Shown here: positions 27,331 to 38,426 of the stretch, in pieces
Layout of the letters: every line of letters starts with the position of its first letter
Position numbering within the stretch: position 1 is the stretch's first letter
DNA from: Sulfurimonadaceae bacterium
Lineage (GTDB): Bacteria; Campylobacterota; Campylobacteria; Campylobacterales; Sulfurimonadaceae
Assembly (NCBI GenBank): GCA_041571435.1
Contig: JBFFUI010000001.1
Coordinates: forward strand, 64,001 to 128,000
DNA: 64,000 nucleotides
Direction: 5' to 3'
Made by a program: the position numbers and the translations under genes
The notes under the pieces: generated by a model
The model's input: the letters and a program-made list of their open reading frames with translations, nothing else
Told to the model about the DNA's origin: nothing
Databases searched by the model: none

Positions 27331-28671
27331 ATGAAATTATTTGGAACAGATGGCGTCCGTGGTGAAGCCGGAACTTTTCTGACAGCCTCACTTGCGATGA
27401 AGGTTGCCATGGCTGCGGGGATATACTTCAAAGATGGTGCCAAGACCAACCGTATCCTGATCGGAAAAGACACCCGACGAAGCGGATACATGATCGAAAA
27501 CGCCATTGTCAGCGGTTTGACGGCGGTCGGTTTCGATGTGATCGAGATCGGTCCGATGCCGACACCTGCAATCGCGTTTTTAACGGAAAACATGCGTTGT
27601 GATGCCGGAATCATGATCTCTGCAAGCCACAACTCTTTCGAAGACAACGGCATTAAGTTCTTTGACGGGCACGGCAACAAGTTTTCCGAAGATGTCGAAG
27701 CAGAGATTGAAAAGATCGCACATGATGAGGCGAAGCTTAATGCGGCTGCGGTCACGGGCAAAAATGTAGGCAAGGCGAAACGTATCGACGATGTCATCGG
27801 ACGCTATATCGTTCAGCTCAAGAACTCTTTCAGCAAAGAGTGTTCGCTTCAAGGAATGCGAATCGTTCTGGACACGGCCAACGGGGCAGGCTATAAAGTC
27901 GGTCCTACCGTCTTGGAAGAGCTGGGTGCCGAAGTGATCGTCCTTCACGATAAGCCAGACGGCTTCAATATCAACGAGGATTGCGGGGCGCTGCATCCCA
28001 AGGATGTTCAAAAAGCGGTCGTCGAGTACCGTGCAGACATCGGCTTTGCACTTGATGGCGATGCCGACCGCATTGTTGTCGTCGACGAAAAAGGCGAGGT
28101 GGTCGACGGTGACCAGCTGCTGGGTGCTTTGGGGTTATACCTGAAAGAGAGCGGACAGCTCAAAGGCAACGGCATCGTCGCCACGGTTATGAGCAACCAG
28201 GGGCTCGAAGACTTTATGCAAGAGAACGGGATGAAACTTTACCGTGCCAATGTCGGTGATAAATATGTTTTAGAGATCATGAATGCCCAGGGCATTAACT
28301 TCGGCGGTGAGCAGAGCGGGCATGTCATCATGCACGATTATGCCAAGACAGGAGACGGTCTTGTCTCGGCACTTCAGACACTGGCACTCGTTCTGAACAG
28401 CAAGAAAAAAGCGTCGGAAGTGTTGCGCCCGTTCAGTCTCTACCCGCAAAAGCTGGTCAACCTCAACGTCAATGAGAAAAAACCGCTTGATAGTATTGCC
28501 GGTCTGGATGAAAAATTTGCGGCCATCGACAAAGCCAACATCCGCCACCTCGTGCGTTATTCTGGAACGGAGAACAAGCTGCGTGTCCTGCTTGAAGGTA
28601 AAGATGCCGATGAAATGGAAAAAGCGATGGAGACACTGGTAAACTTTTTCAAGAAAGCGCTCAATGGCTAA
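27331..28671 (+). CDS. glmM: Phosphoglucosamine mutase
   Basis: [33 protein letters not shown]. Confidence 0.97.
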   Translation: MKLFGTDGVRGEAGTFLTASLAMKVAMAAGIYFKDGAKTNRILIGKDTRRSGYMIENAIVSGLTAVGFDVIEIGPMPTPAIAFLTENMRCDAGIMISASHNSFEDNGIKFFDGHGNKFSEDVEAEIEKIAHDEAKLNAAAVTGKNVGKAKRIDDVIGRYIVQLKNSFSKECSLQGMRIVLDTANGAGYKVGPTVLEELGAEVIVLHDKPDGFNINEDCGALHPKDVQKAVVEYRADIGFALDGDADRIVVVDEKGEVVDGDQLLGALGLYLKESGQLKGNGIVATVMSNQGLEDFMQENGMKLYRANVGDKYVLEIMNAQGINFGGEQSGHVIMHDYAKTGDGLVSALQTLALVLNSKKKASEVLRPFSLYPQKLVNLNVNEKKPLDSIAGLDEKFAAIDKANIRHLVRYSGTENKLRVLLEGKDADEMEKAMETLVNFFKKALNG

Positions 28672-29167
28672 GTCACTTCTTGTCATTATCCTCTCACTGA
28701 TCGGTATCTTTATTGTCGATCAGGGGATCAAAGAGTTTTTTATGCTCAAAGCTATGGAGATCTACTCTCTCCCTCAAGACGCGCTCTATGGCAAGGCCTT
28801 TGATATCTATGAGACAAGCTGTATCAACATGCGTCTTGTCTTCAACTACGGGGTCGCCTTCTCAATGCTCTCCTTTTTGGATGAGTACCTCAAGTGGCTT
28901 CAGCTTATCTTGATCATCGGTGTTTTAGCCTATGTCATCAATCTGAAAAAGTTCTGTTATATGTTGCCTTCCGGAATCCTGATCGGTGCGGGACTTTCCA
29001 ATGTCTATGACCGTTTTGTCCATGGCGGTGTGGTCGACTACATCTTCTGGCACTGCGGATTTGACTTTGCGATCTTCAATTTTGCCGATGTCATGATCGA
29101 TCTTGCCGTCGCATGGCTGCTCTTTTTAAACTTCAAACCGAAGTTTTGCCAGGAAAAACAGGGATAA
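28664..29167 (+). CDS. lspA: Lipoprotein signal peptidase
   Basis: DQ.IK, NYGVAFS, SNVYDR, VVDY, FNFAD. Confidence 0.93.
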   Translation: MAKSLLVIILSLIGIFIVDQGIKEFFMLKAMEIYSLPQDALYGKAFDIYETSCINMRLVFNYGVAFSMLSFLDEYLKWLQLILIIGVLAYVINLKKFCYMLPSGILIGAGLSNVYDRFVHGGVVDYIFWHCGFDFAIFNFADVMIDLAVAWLLFLNFKPKFCQEKQG

Positions 29168-29247
29168 TTCAACCAAGATAGGAATTTTTTCGGGTTTATA
29201 AAATCAATTTAAGTAATCCTGGTGTAAAATTCCCGTCTCTTTTCAAT

Positions 29248-29323
29248 GGTCCGTTAGCTCAGTTGGTAGAGCGCTACCTCGACAAGGTAGATGTCACAAG
29301 TTCAAGTCTTGTACGGACCACCA
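29248..29323 (+). tRNA. tRNA-Val(GAC)
   Basis: 76-nt cloverleaf: GGTCCGT/ACGGACC acceptor, CTACC/GGTAG anticodon stem, loop TC-GAC-AA, TTCAAGT T-loop, encoded CCA; upstream TAAAAT at 29225. Confidence 0.95.
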
Positions 29324-29440
29324 TCTTCAAAACCCCAAAACAGTAATATTTCAACACTTTTTTCAAACATACAACGCAGTACATCCCTTTGACATTTACA
29401 TTACTATTTCAAGCCAACCGTTTTTAAAAGAGCGGAACCC

Positions 29441-31075
29441 TTAGGCGATCGCAGTGAGGACAATCTCTTTGGCTTCGTCCTGTATCTGTTTGAGATGCTC
29501 GGCCGAGATGAAACTCTCCGCATAGATCTTGTAGATATCTTCTGTTCCGGAGGGGCGTGCAGCGAACCAGCCGTTGTCGGTCGTCACCTTCAGACCGCCT
29601 ATCTTTGCACCGTTGCCGCTTGCTTCGATATATTTCCCGACAATGGTCTCGCCTGCAAGTGTTGTCGAGCTGACATTTTCGGCAGAGAGGTTCTTTAGTT
29701 TTGCTTTCTGCTCCGGTGTTGCAGCGGCATCGATACGGGCGTAGTAGGATTGCCCGAACTCGTTTTCGAACCCTTGGTAGATCTCGCCCGGGTCTTTTTT
29801 GGTCACGGCTTTGATCTCGGCGGCAAGCAGGTTGAGGATGATGCCGTCTTTGTCCGTCGACCAGACGCTCCCGTTCTGACGAAGAAATGAGGCACCCGCA
29901 CTCTCTTCGCCGCCGAAACCGAGACTGCCGTCATATAGACCCTCTACAAACCATTTAAACCCTACCGGCACCTCATATACCTCTTTACCTAGCGAATGGA
30001 CCACACGGTCTATCATAGAGCTCGAGACAAGGGTCTTTCCGATACGAAGGTCGTCACGCCACTGCTTACGGTGACTGAAGAGGTACCAGATGGCAACCGA
30101 GAGGTAGTGGTTGGGGTTCATCAGTCCGGCACTCGGTGTCACGATACCGTGACGGTCAAAGTCCGGATCGTTGGCAAAGGCGATATCGTACTTCTCTTTC
30201 AGGGAGATCAGTGAGGCCATGGCATAGGGTGAAGAGCAATCCATGCGGATCTTGCCGTCATGGTCGCAGCTCATAAAACCGAAGGTCGGGTCGACATGCT
30301 CATTGACGATCTCCATGTCGAGACCGTAGACCTCTTTGATCTTTTGGTAGACCGCGATGCCTGAGCCGCCCATCGGATCAACACCGATGCGCAGGTTTGA
30401 AGCCTTGATGGCCTCAATGTCCACGATGCTCTCCAGCGCACGGACATACGGGGTGATAAAATCGAACTCTTCGATCAGGTCGCTCGCCATCGCCTCATCC
30501 AATGACACCTTCTTGACCTCATCAAGGCCGTTGGCCAGGATCTCATTGGCACGCTTTTCAATGACAGAGGTGACATCCGTGTCTGCAGGGCCGCCGTTGG
30601 GCGGGTTGTATTTAAAGCCACCATCGCTCGGAGGGTTATGCGAAGGGGTGATGACAACGCCGTCGCTCATGACCGATGTGCCTTTATTGGCTTCAAGGAT
30701 GGTAAACGAGATCAGCGGTGTCGGGGTGTATTCGTCATCTTCGGCGATCTTGCAGCTGACCCCATTGGCAACACAGACCTGGATCGTACTCAGCTGCGCC
30801 GGTGTAGAGAGGGCATGGGTGTCTTTACCGATAAAGAGCGTTCCGGTGATGCCTGCCGACTTTCGGTACTCGCACACGGCCTGGGTAATGGCGAAGATGT
30901 GCGCTTCATTAAAACTCTTCTTGGCCGCACTCCCCCGGTGCCCAGAGGTACCAAAAGCGACCTTCTGCGTGCTGATGCCGGCATCCGGCTGTTGCATGTA
31001 GTACGAAGCGATAAGCTTGGGAATGTCTTCCAAGATGCTTTTAGGGGCTTTCCGCCCAGAGTGTGCATGCGCCAT
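29441..31075 (-). CDS. pgm: Phosphoglucomutase (alpha-D-glucose phosphate-specific)
   Basis: [35 protein letters not shown]. Confidence 0.96.
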   Translation of the reverse strand: MAHAHSGRKAPKSILEDIPKLIASYYMQQPDAGISTQKVAFGTSGHRGSAAKKSFNEAHIFAITQAVCEYRKSAGITGTLFIGKDTHALSTPAQLSTIQVCVANGVSCKIAEDDEYTPTPLISFTILEANKGTSVMSDGVVITPSHNPPSDGGFKYNPPNGGPADTDVTSVIEKRANEILANGLDEVKKVSLDEAMASDLIEEFDFITPYVRALESIVDIEAIKASNLRIGVDPMGGSGIAVYQKIKEVYGLDMEIVNEHVDPTFGFMSCDHDGKIRMDCSSPYAMASLISLKEKYDIAFANDPDFDRHGIVTPSAGLMNPNHYLSVAIWYLFSHRKQWRDDLRIGKTLVSSSMIDRVVHSLGKEVYEVPVGFKWFVEGLYDGSLGFGGEESAGASFLRQNGSVWSTDKDGIILNLLAAEIKAVTKKDPGEIYQGFENEFGQSYYARIDAAATPEQKAKLKNLSAENVSSTTLAGETIVGKYIEASGNGAKIGGLKVTTDNGWFAARPSGTEDIYKIYAESFISAEHLKQIQDEAKEIVLTAIA

Positions 31076-31207
31076 TTTTATCCTTTTCAGTGTGTATATT
31101 GGGATATGCTTTTGATATCATAATCAAAAGTACATTTCAATCGACACAAATATCCTCCTTTATGCAGATGCATAAAAGATTGACGTGTCATATACGGTGA
31201 ACTCCGT

Positions 31208-31831
31208 TTATTTCAAGACTGACAGTGCCTCTTTCGCCAGTGCGGTGATCTGTCCAAAATCCTGACGAACAATGGCCTCTTTCGGAACGATCCAGCTGCC
31301 GCCGACACAGAGAACATTCTTCAGGGCCAAATAGTCCTTCATATTGTCCAGGCTGATACCGCCTGTCGGGCAGAAACGCATCTCGCTGAAAGGGCCACTG
31401 AAGGCCTTGAGCGTTGCAAGGCCGCCGACGGCAGTTGCCGGAAAGAGTTTTGCCTGCATCAAGCCGCTGTTTTGTGCAAGCATCACTTCGGAGGCGGTCG
31501 CCACCCCGGGGATAAAGGCGATTTTCTGGGCTTTGGCGCTCTCTATGAGCGCTTCGCTGATACCGGGGCTGAAGAGAAAAGCGGAACCGTGCTCGACCGC
31601 TTTTTTCAGATCGGCAGGGTTACAGACGGTTCCGGCACCGACATACATCTCGGGCATCGTTTTGGCAATAGCTTCTATCGCCTTCAGACCAGCCGGTGTA
31701 CGCAAAGTGACCTCCATGATCTTGATGCCTCCTTCCAGAAGCGCTTCCGCCAGGGGCAGGGCATCTTTTTCTTCATCGATGGCGATGACCGGGACGATAG
31801 GCGATATTTTCATGACATCCAAAGCATTCAT
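31208..31831 (-). CDS. eda: KDPG/KHG aldolase
   Basis: EVTLRT, GAGTV, KLFPA, FCPTGGI. Confidence 0.95.
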   Translation of the reverse strand: MNALDVMKISPIVPVIAIDEEKDALPLAEALLEGGIKIMEVTLRTPAGLKAIEAIAKTMPEMYVGAGTVCNPADLKKAVEHGSAFLFSPGISEALIESAKAQKIAFIPGVATASEVMLAQNSGLMQAKLFPATAVGGLATLKAFSGPFSEMRFCPTGGISLDNMKDYLALKNVLCVGGSWIVPKEAIVRQDFGQITALAKEALSVLK

Positions 31832-33657
31832 GCGCGCTCCTTGCCGGGTAGATCGAAAATGGCCGCACCCTCTTCCGCAGGGCCGACATTTTGCCGAATT
31901 GTCACAAAAAGTTCACGGCCGAAACCGTGCCGGTTGCCGCTGAAATCGACAGGGCTGACACTGCGTCCTGCCAGCGTTGCTTCATCGACCAGAAGCGTTA
32001 TTTCGCCCTTTTCTATATCCAGCCGTATCCTATCGCCACTCTGCACCTTGGCGATCAGACCGCCCTCTTCGGCTTCAGGCGTAAGATGTATCGCTGAAGG
32101 CACCTTCCCTGAAGCACCGGACATGCGCCCGTCGGTGATGATGGCCACCTTGAACCCTTTGTCCTGAAGAACGCCGAGCGGCGGCATCAGGCCATGCAGT
32201 TCCGGCATACCGTTGGCCTTCGGTCCCTGGTAGCGAACGACGGCGATAAAATCGCGTTCAAGTTCCCCCGCTTTAAAGGCCTCTTGAAGCGACTGCTGAG
32301 ATTCAAAGACAATAGCCGGTGCTTCGATATAGTGTTGCGATGCTTTTAGTGCCGAAGTTTTTATAACACTCCGGCCGATACTCCCTTTCAGAAGTTTCAG
32401 CCCGCCCTCTTCACTGAATGGTGTGGCACTGCTAGAGACGACACTCTCGTCGCGCGACACTTTCGGTCCCTTTAAAAAAGTAAGTGAGCCGGATTCAAGC
32501 ATCGGTTCGACGATATAATTGTGCAGTCCTTTGCCGACAATGGTCTCGACGTCGTCATGCAGAAGCCCTGCTTCCAGAAGCTGGCTGATGACAACGCTCA
32601 TACCGCCCGCGTCCCTGAAATGGTTGACATCGGCCTGCCCGTTCGGATACATCCTGCAGAGCAGCGGTGTCACCTTGGAGATGGCGTCAAAATCATCCCA
32701 GTTCAAGATAATTCCCGCAGCTTTGGCCATGGCAATGAGATGAATCGTATGATTCGTCGAGCCGCCTGTGGCCATCAGACCGACGATTGCATTGACGAAA
32801 CTTCTTTCATCGATAGTCTGACCGATCGGTTTATACTTTCCGGAGACCTCAGTCATACCTACAATACGCTTTGCAGCATCCTGAGTAAGGGCATCACGCA
32901 GCGCGGTATTGGTGTTGACAAAAGAGCTGTTTGGCAGCTGCAGTCCCATCATCTCGAGAAGCATCTGGTTAGAGTTTGCCGTACCGTAAAAGGTACAGGT
33001 CCCGCTGCTGTGGTAGGCGGCGGACTCGGCTTTGAGCAGTGTCCCTTCGCTCACTTTACCCTGCGCGAACTCCTGTCGGATCTTGGACTTTTCACTGTTT
33101 GAGATCCCCGATGGCATAGGCCCTGCGGGCACAAAAACAGCCGGCAGGTGCCCAAAAGAGAGTGCTCCGATCAGCAGACCCGGTACGATCTTGTCGCAGA
33201 CCCCAAGGTAGAGGGCCCCGTCATAGACGTTGTGCGAGAGGGCGATGGCGGCCCCCATTGCGATGTTGTCACGGCTGAAGAGGCTGAGCTCCATTCCCGG
33301 CTGGGACTGTGTCACACCATCGCACATCGCCGGTACACCGCCGGCGACCTGAGCAGTAGCGCCGACATCCATCAGGGCCCGTTTGATCAACGGCGGATAG
33401 AGCTTGTAAGGTTCATGCGCCGAGAGCATATCGTTATAGGCGGTGACAATAGCAATGTTTGGCGCCACATTATGAGAAAGGGCATCTTTCTCCTGAGCGT
33501 CCATCGGGGCCATCGCGTGGGCCAGGTTGCTGCAGCCAAGCATGCCTCTGTTGACGCCGTGCGCCTGTGCAGCTGTGATCCGCGCTTTATATATGGCACG
33601 ACTCTCTTGTGAACGGGTAATGATAGCCTCGGTGACTTTTACGATTATCTCATTCAT
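31828..33657 (-). CDS. edd: Phosphogluconate dehydratase
   Basis: CSNLAH, YNDMLSAH, AMCDGVTQ, CTFYGTAN, GMPELH, TDGRMSGASG. Confidence 0.96.
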   Translation of the reverse strand: MNEIIVKVTEAIITRSQESRAIYKARITAAQAHGVNRGMLGCSNLAHAMAPMDAQEKDALSHNVAPNIAIVTAYNDMLSAHEPYKLYPPLIKRALMDVGATAQVAGGVPAMCDGVTQSQPGMELSLFSRDNIAMGAAIALSHNVYDGALYLGVCDKIVPGLLIGALSFGHLPAVFVPAGPMPSGISNSEKSKIRQEFAQGKVSEGTLLKAESAAYHSSGTCTFYGTANSNQMLLEMMGLQLPNSSFVNTNTALRDALTQDAAKRIVGMTEVSGKYKPIGQTIDERSFVNAIVGLMATGGSTNHTIHLIAMAKAAGIILNWDDFDAISKVTPLLCRMYPNGQADVNHFRDAGGMSVVISQLLEAGLLHDDVETIVGKGLHNYIVEPMLESGSLTFLKGPKVSRDESVVSSSATPFSEEGGLKLLKGSIGRSVIKTSALKASQHYIEAPAIVFESQQSLQEAFKAGELERDFIAVVRYQGPKANGMPELHGLMPPLGVLQDKGFKVAIITDGRMSGASGKVPSAIHLTPEAEEGGLIAKVQSGDRIRLDIEKGEITLLVDEATLAGRSVSPVDFSGNRHGFGRELFVTIRQNVGPAEEGAAIFDLPGKERA

Positions 33658-34349
33658 CGGAAATAGACCTTTACATCAGTGACATCTTGCTGCAAGATGG
33701 AGCGGATCGGAAGTATGTGCATATCGTCACCTTGGATCGCCTCATTATAAACGACCCGTTTCTCTTGACCCTCAAAGTGAAGATAAAGATGTTTGGCACT
33801 TAAAATAGCCGCACGTGTCAGACTCATCCGCTCATGAGGCGCAGTTGTCGGTTTAATTGCAATACAGAGACTGCTGTTATGAAGGTCAAGCGCTTCATCG
33901 AGTCTTTCGTTACCGGGGAAAAGAGAGGCAGTGTGGCCATCTGTCCCCATACCAAGTATGACAACATCGAAAGGATAGAGCTCTTTTTCAAGCGTCTCGG
34001 TACACTCTTTCTGCGCCGCATCTGGTGAGACGCCCTCACGATACATCCCGATGAAACGGGCTTTGGCTGCATTATCCTGAAGGAGATGTGCTTTGACAAA
34101 CTGTTCGTTGCTGTCTTGATGATCGGAGGGGACCCACCGCTCATCGCAAAGACCGATAGAGACCTGTTCCCACGGCAGGTCAATACAGCGAAGTTTCTCG
34201 AAGAGCGGTTTCGGGGTGCTTCCTCCGGAGACAAGCAGCGATGCTTTTCCATTGCGGCGGATCGCTTCGACAAGGTCTTTGGCGATCTGCCCGCTCAGGT
34301 CATCAATCAGCTCGCATTGTGTCGTAAAGGCATGCACATACTTACTCAT
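33654..34349 (-). CDS. pgl: 6-phosphogluconolactonase
   Basis: SGGSTP, DERWV, LGMG.DGHTASLFP; start reassigned to ATG 34349 overlapping the zwf stop. Confidence 0.94.
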   Translation of the reverse strand: MSKYVHAFTTQCELIDDLSGQIAKDLVEAIRRNGKASLLVSGGSTPKPLFEKLRCIDLPWEQVSIGLCDERWVPSDHQDSNEQFVKAHLLQDNAAKARFIGMYREGVSPDAAQKECTETLEKELYPFDVVILGMGTDGHTASLFPGNERLDEALDLHNSSLCIAIKPTTAPHERMSLTRAAILSAKHLYLHFEGQEKRVVYNEAIQGDDMHILPIRSILQQDVTDVKVYFR

Positions 34350-35805
34350 CGTGCCAGCTCCTTCCATCCCTTGCTATAAGCTGGATCGAGGCACTCGGGC
34401 CATCGGTTCCGGCCGTATAGCTCTTCATCGGAGTCAGGTTTTCAGCCCACCCTTCGATGATCCTGTCCGCCCACTTCCAGGCGGCCTCAACTTCATCAAG
34501 ACGCATGAACAGTGTCGGATTGGCACGGATAACATCCAGCAGCAGACGCTCATAGGCCTCGGGTTTACGGAGACTGTTCATCGGGGCATTAAGATCAAGC
34601 TCCACCTGCTGAAGGCGCATCGTCTCGCTTAGCCCCGGTATCTTGTTCATCAGTTTGAGACGGATACTCTCTTTGGGCTGCAGTGTGATGACCAGTTGGT
34701 TTTCTGAAATGCAGGCACCATTGTTTGCAAAGATAGAGTGCGGCATGGTCTTAAACTGGATCACGATCTCGGAATTACGCTGACGCATCCGCTTGCCGCT
34801 TCTGATATAGAAAGGGACCCCGTTCCAGCGCCAGTTGTCGATGTCGACACGCAAGGCGGCGAAGGTCTCCGTCGTACTGTTCTCAACCCCTTCGCCTTCA
34901 AGATAGCCCGGGACCGGTTCACCGTTGCTTGATCCTCGTGTGTACTGGGCGCGGACACTTTTCTGCTCAATATCTGCCGGCGACATGGCACGCAGTGAAC
35001 GCAGGACCTTTACCTTTTCATCACGAACGCTGTCCGCTTCGAGCGAACAAGGGGGCTCCATAGCAATAAGACAGAGCAGCTGCATCAGGTGGTTCTGTAT
35101 CATATCGCGCATCGCACCGTATTCGTCATAGTAGCCCCAGCGTCCTTCGACACCGACACTCTCTGCCACCGTGATCTGTATATGGTCGATGTTGTTGGAG
35201 TCCCACAACGGCATAAAAAAACGGTTGGAAAAACGCAGGGCCATGATGTTTTGAACGGTGTCCTTGCCGAGATAATGGTCAATGCGGTAGACCTGACTCT
35301 CCTCAAAATAGTTCAGGACCTCTTCGTTGATAATGTGCGATGACTTAAGATCCCGGCCGATCGGTTTTTCAAGCACGACACGGCTATGCGGGGTAATGAG
35401 ATCCCAATGGCTGAGCGCCTTGCAGATAGTCCCGAAAAAATCCGGCGATGTAGAGAGATAGTTGACACGTTCACGCTCGGAGTATTCATCCAGAAGCGTC
35501 TTCAGCCCTTGATAACTTGAAAAGTCAGCAAAATTGACAGCATGAACGCGAAGCCGCTGCTGAAAGGCCTCGAACTTCGCGTCATCGAATTCCCCCTCAG
35601 GTAGGAACTCCAGGAGTTTTGACTTGACCAGCGCAATATGCTCACTCTCGTCCATAACGTCACGGCTTAAGGTGATGATGCGCGAATTGGCGTTGAGATA
35701 ACCGTCACTGTAGAGGAAATAGAGTGCCGGCAGCAGCTTGCGAAATGCCAGATCGCCGTGCCCTCCAAAGATCATGATGTCACAAAGGTTTTCTAATTCA
35801 CTCAT
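34342..35805 (-). CDS. zwf: Glucose-6-phosphate 1-dehydrogenase
   Basis: EKPIG, RIDHYLGK, DMIQNH, RSGK. Confidence 0.96.
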   Translation of the reverse strand: MSELENLCDIMIFGGHGDLAFRKLLPALYFLYSDGYLNANSRIITLSRDVMDESEHIALVKSKLLEFLPEGEFDDAKFEAFQQRLRVHAVNFADFSSYQGLKTLLDEYSERERVNYLSTSPDFFGTICKALSHWDLITPHSRVVLEKPIGRDLKSSHIINEEVLNYFEESQVYRIDHYLGKDTVQNIMALRFSNRFFMPLWDSNNIDHIQITVAESVGVEGRWGYYDEYGAMRDMIQNHLMQLLCLIAMEPPCSLEADSVRDEKVKVLRSLRAMSPADIEQKSVRAQYTRGSSNGEPVPGYLEGEGVENSTTETFAALRVDIDNWRWNGVPFYIRSGKRMRQRNSEIVIQFKTMPHSIFANNGACISENQLVITLQPKESIRLKLMNKIPGLSETMRLQQVELDLNAPMNSLRKPEAYERLLLDVIRANPTLFMRLDEVEAAWKWADRIIEGWAENLTPMKSYTAGTDGPSASIQLIARDGRSWHDE

Positions 35806-35836
35806 ACCTGTCTGCCTTTTTTGCCCCTGTTAAGAG

Positions 35837-36664
35837 TTACTGTTTTTCCAATTTATAAAAGTAGTTGGTCGCTTCCACAAAACCGTCTACGCTCCCGCAG
35901 TCAAAACGTTTGCCTTTGAACTTATAGGCGATGACCATGCCATTTTTCGCCTGTGCGCAGAGCGCATCGGTAATCTGAAGTTCGCCATTTTTACCCGGTT
36001 TCGTATTTTCGATGACCTTGAAGATGTCCGGTGACAGGATATAACGGCCGATGACAGCAAGATTGGTCGGCGCTTTGTCAATGTCAGGTTTTTCGACCAT
36101 ATTGGAGACCATATAGACACCATCTTCGATCATGTTTCCTTCGATGACGCCGTACTTGTGCACCTCTTCCATCGGGACCTCCATGGTCGCGACGATACAG
36201 CATTTATACTTGCTGTAGAGGTCTACCATCTGTTTTAAGACACCGTCGCCGTCGGGGTTGACACAGAGGTCATCTGCCAGAATAACAGCAAAAGGGTCCT
36301 GCTCGCCGACAAGGACTTTCCCTTTGTAGATCGCATCACCCAAGCCCTTCATCTCGTTTTGACGGGTATAGGTGAAGGTACATTTATCAATGATCTTGCG
36401 GATGTCTTCGAGAAGCGCCTCTTTAGATGACCCCTTGATCTGATGTTCAAGTTCATAGGAGATGTCAAAATGGTCGGTGATCGCCCGTTTTCCACGCCCC
36501 GTAATCACCGACATGACATCACATCCGGCCTCCATCGCCTCTTCGACACCGTACTGGATAAGCGGTTTGGTCAGGACAGGCAGCATCTCTTTGGGCATTG
36601 CTTTGGTTGCAGGCAGGAACCGTGTTCCGTATCCTGCGGCCGGGAATAGACATTTTGTAATCAT
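35837..36664 (-). CDS. galU: UTP-glucose-1-phosphate uridylyltransferase
   Basis: PAAGYGTRFLPATKAMPKEMLP, VEKP, GELQITDA. Confidence 0.95.
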   Translation of the reverse strand: MITKCLFPAAGYGTRFLPATKAMPKEMLPVLTKPLIQYGVEEAMEAGCDVMSVITGRGKRAITDHFDISYELEHQIKGSSKEALLEDIRKIIDKCTFTYTRQNEMKGLGDAIYKGKVLVGEQDPFAVILADDLCVNPDGDGVLKQMVDLYSKYKCCIVATMEVPMEEVHKYGVIEGNMIEDGVYMVSNMVEKPDIDKAPTNLAVIGRYILSPDIFKVIENTKPGKNGELQITDALCAQAKNGMVIAYKFKGKRFDCGSVDGFVEATNYFYKLEKQ

Positions 36665-36707
36665 TGATTTTCCTTTTGTTGTTGTGTTTTTGGCGTTATA
36701 TTACGCA

Positions 36708-38426
36708 TCAGTGTTTACCTTTAAGCCACATCATCTGATAGGGTTGAAGAGTGATCTCTCTTGTCTCGTCCAATGTAAACGAAGAGAGCAGATCATGCAG
36801 CGGATCGATAAAATCGTCTGGAAGCTGCACCGTAACCTCCTCGTTCGAGAAGTTGTGCAGCACCACGATATATTCGCGATTATCACAGCATCGCTGGTCT
36901 ATGACAAAGAGGCGACTGTCAAGATCAAGAAATTGAAACGTTCCAAAGGGATTGAAGGCGTTTTCGTTTATGCGGATCGAGATTAGCCGTTTGTAACTGT
37001 CAAGCATCGTCTTGGCAAGCGACCCCTGTTTTGAAAGCTCATTCTCCAGCCAATCGACATTGTACTTTTCACGGTTGATCGAACGGTTTATACCGGTGTG
37101 TTTCACCCCGTCATGGTAGTTTCTCGAACCTACCAATGAGTGAAAGTAGATGCCCGGAACACCCGGCATGACCAAAACGGTTGCCTGTGCAAGCAGCATC
37201 CTTTTCAGACGCATCATGTCGTCTTCGTCGGGATGAGTCAGCGCATCGATGTAACTGCAGTTTAGTTCATACGGCGTTTCCGAGCCATCCTCTTCGGTCC
37301 TGTAGGAGACAAGACCGCCGTGCGACTCTATCGTCGAAACCAGATAATCGATCTCTTCGTCATTGAGGATCCCCTTGACCGGTCGCATACCGATGCCGTC
37401 ATGACTGGCGGTAAAGTTAAAAAAACAGACCTTGTCGCTCGGCAGAGTCAGGGTCTGCGCCCAGGAGGTCAAAGTTGACGTATCCCCATGCAAAATGGAG
37501 TGCAGCAGCAACGGCGGCAGCGCAAAGTTATAGACCATCTGCGCTTCGTCGTCCCCGCTTCCAAAATAAGAGACGTTCTCATGATGGGGGACATTGGTCT
37601 CCGTGATGATAATCACCTCAGGCGCCACTTCGTGAAGCACCTCCCGCATCAGCTGGATGAGTTCATGTGTCTGCGGCAGATGCACACACTCGGTCCCGAT
37701 CTCTTTCCAGATAAAAGCGATGGCATCAAGCCGGATAAGTGTCGCCCCTTTTTCGATGTAATAAAAGAGCGCATCAAGGACATTGCGCAGAACCCGGTGG
37801 TTCTTGTAATTCAGGTCGACCTGGTCCTTGCTGAACGTCGTCCAGATATTATGGATCTTGCCTTCATTATCGGTAAACTCGCTCAACAGCGGTGTCGCTC
37901 TGGGTCGGACAACCTTGCTGAGATCGGTCATAGGGTCCACTTCGATAAAAAAATCTCTAAAGTAGCTGTCACCGGAAAGGTAGGCTTTAAACCAGTCTGA
38001 AAACTGGGAGACATGGTTGATGACGCCGTCAACCATCAGACGATAATCGGCACCGATCGTTTCGATCTCGCGCCATGAGCCCATGTGCGGATCAACGGCA
38101 CTGTAGTTGACGACCGAAAACCCGCTGTCAGACGAAGCCGGATAGAACGGCAGAATGTGCACCGAATTTATGACCCCATGCAGGTGATCCGTCATAAAGT
38201 CATACAGTGTCTGCAATGAAGGTTCGTTAGCACGGTTCACCTGATCCCCATAAGTAATCAGGACAATATCTTTATGACTGAGATGATACTCGGTGGATAC
38301 GATACGCTGCTTGTATTTGAAAATAAGGTCGATAATATCGTTGACCGCTCGCTCCGCTACCTCGGGCGAATAAAGCTGGTGCAGACGCTTGTTTATGGTA
38401 TGGTCTGGATCGGAGATATGTTTCAC
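36708..38426 (-). CDS. GH13_18 glycoside phosphorylase, probably glucosylglycerate phosphorylase
   Basis: ITYGD, HILPF, WTTFS.DQVDLN, RLDA nucleophile, ITETNVP, SHDGIG, YELN (Glu where sucrose phosphorylases have Gln); adjacent to gpgS. Confidence 0.85.
   Translation of the reverse strand: MKHISDPDHTINKRLHQLYSPEVAERAVNDIIDLIFKYKQRIVSTEYHLSHKDIVLITYGDQVNRANEPSLQTLYDFMTDHLHGVINSVHILPFYPASSDSGFSVVNYSAVDPHMGSWREIETIGADYRLMVDGVINHVSQFSDWFKAYLSGDSYFRDFFIEVDPMTDLSKVVRPRATPLLSEFTDNEGKIHNIWTTFSKDQVDLNYKNHRVLRNVLDALFYYIEKGATLIRLDAIAFIWKEIGTECVHLPQTHELIQLMREVLHEVAPEVIIITETNVPHHENVSYFGSGDDEAQMVYNFALPPLLLHSILHGDTSTLTSWAQTLTLPSDKVCFFNFTASHDGIGMRPVKGILNDEEIDYLVSTIESHGGLVSYRTEEDGSETPYELNCSYIDALTHPDEDDMMRLKRMLLAQATVLVMPGVPGIYFHSLVGSRNYHDGVKHTGINRSINREKYNVDWLENELSKQGSLAKTMLDSYKRLISIRINENAFNPFGTFQFLDLDSRLFVIDQRCCDNREYIVVLHNFSNEEVTVQLPDDFIDPLHDLLSSFTLDETREITLQPYQMMWLKGKH

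Noticed and set aside
26970-27797. 275-aa ORF
   Set aside because: Only the last 86 aa are S20; the rest is antisense to glmM
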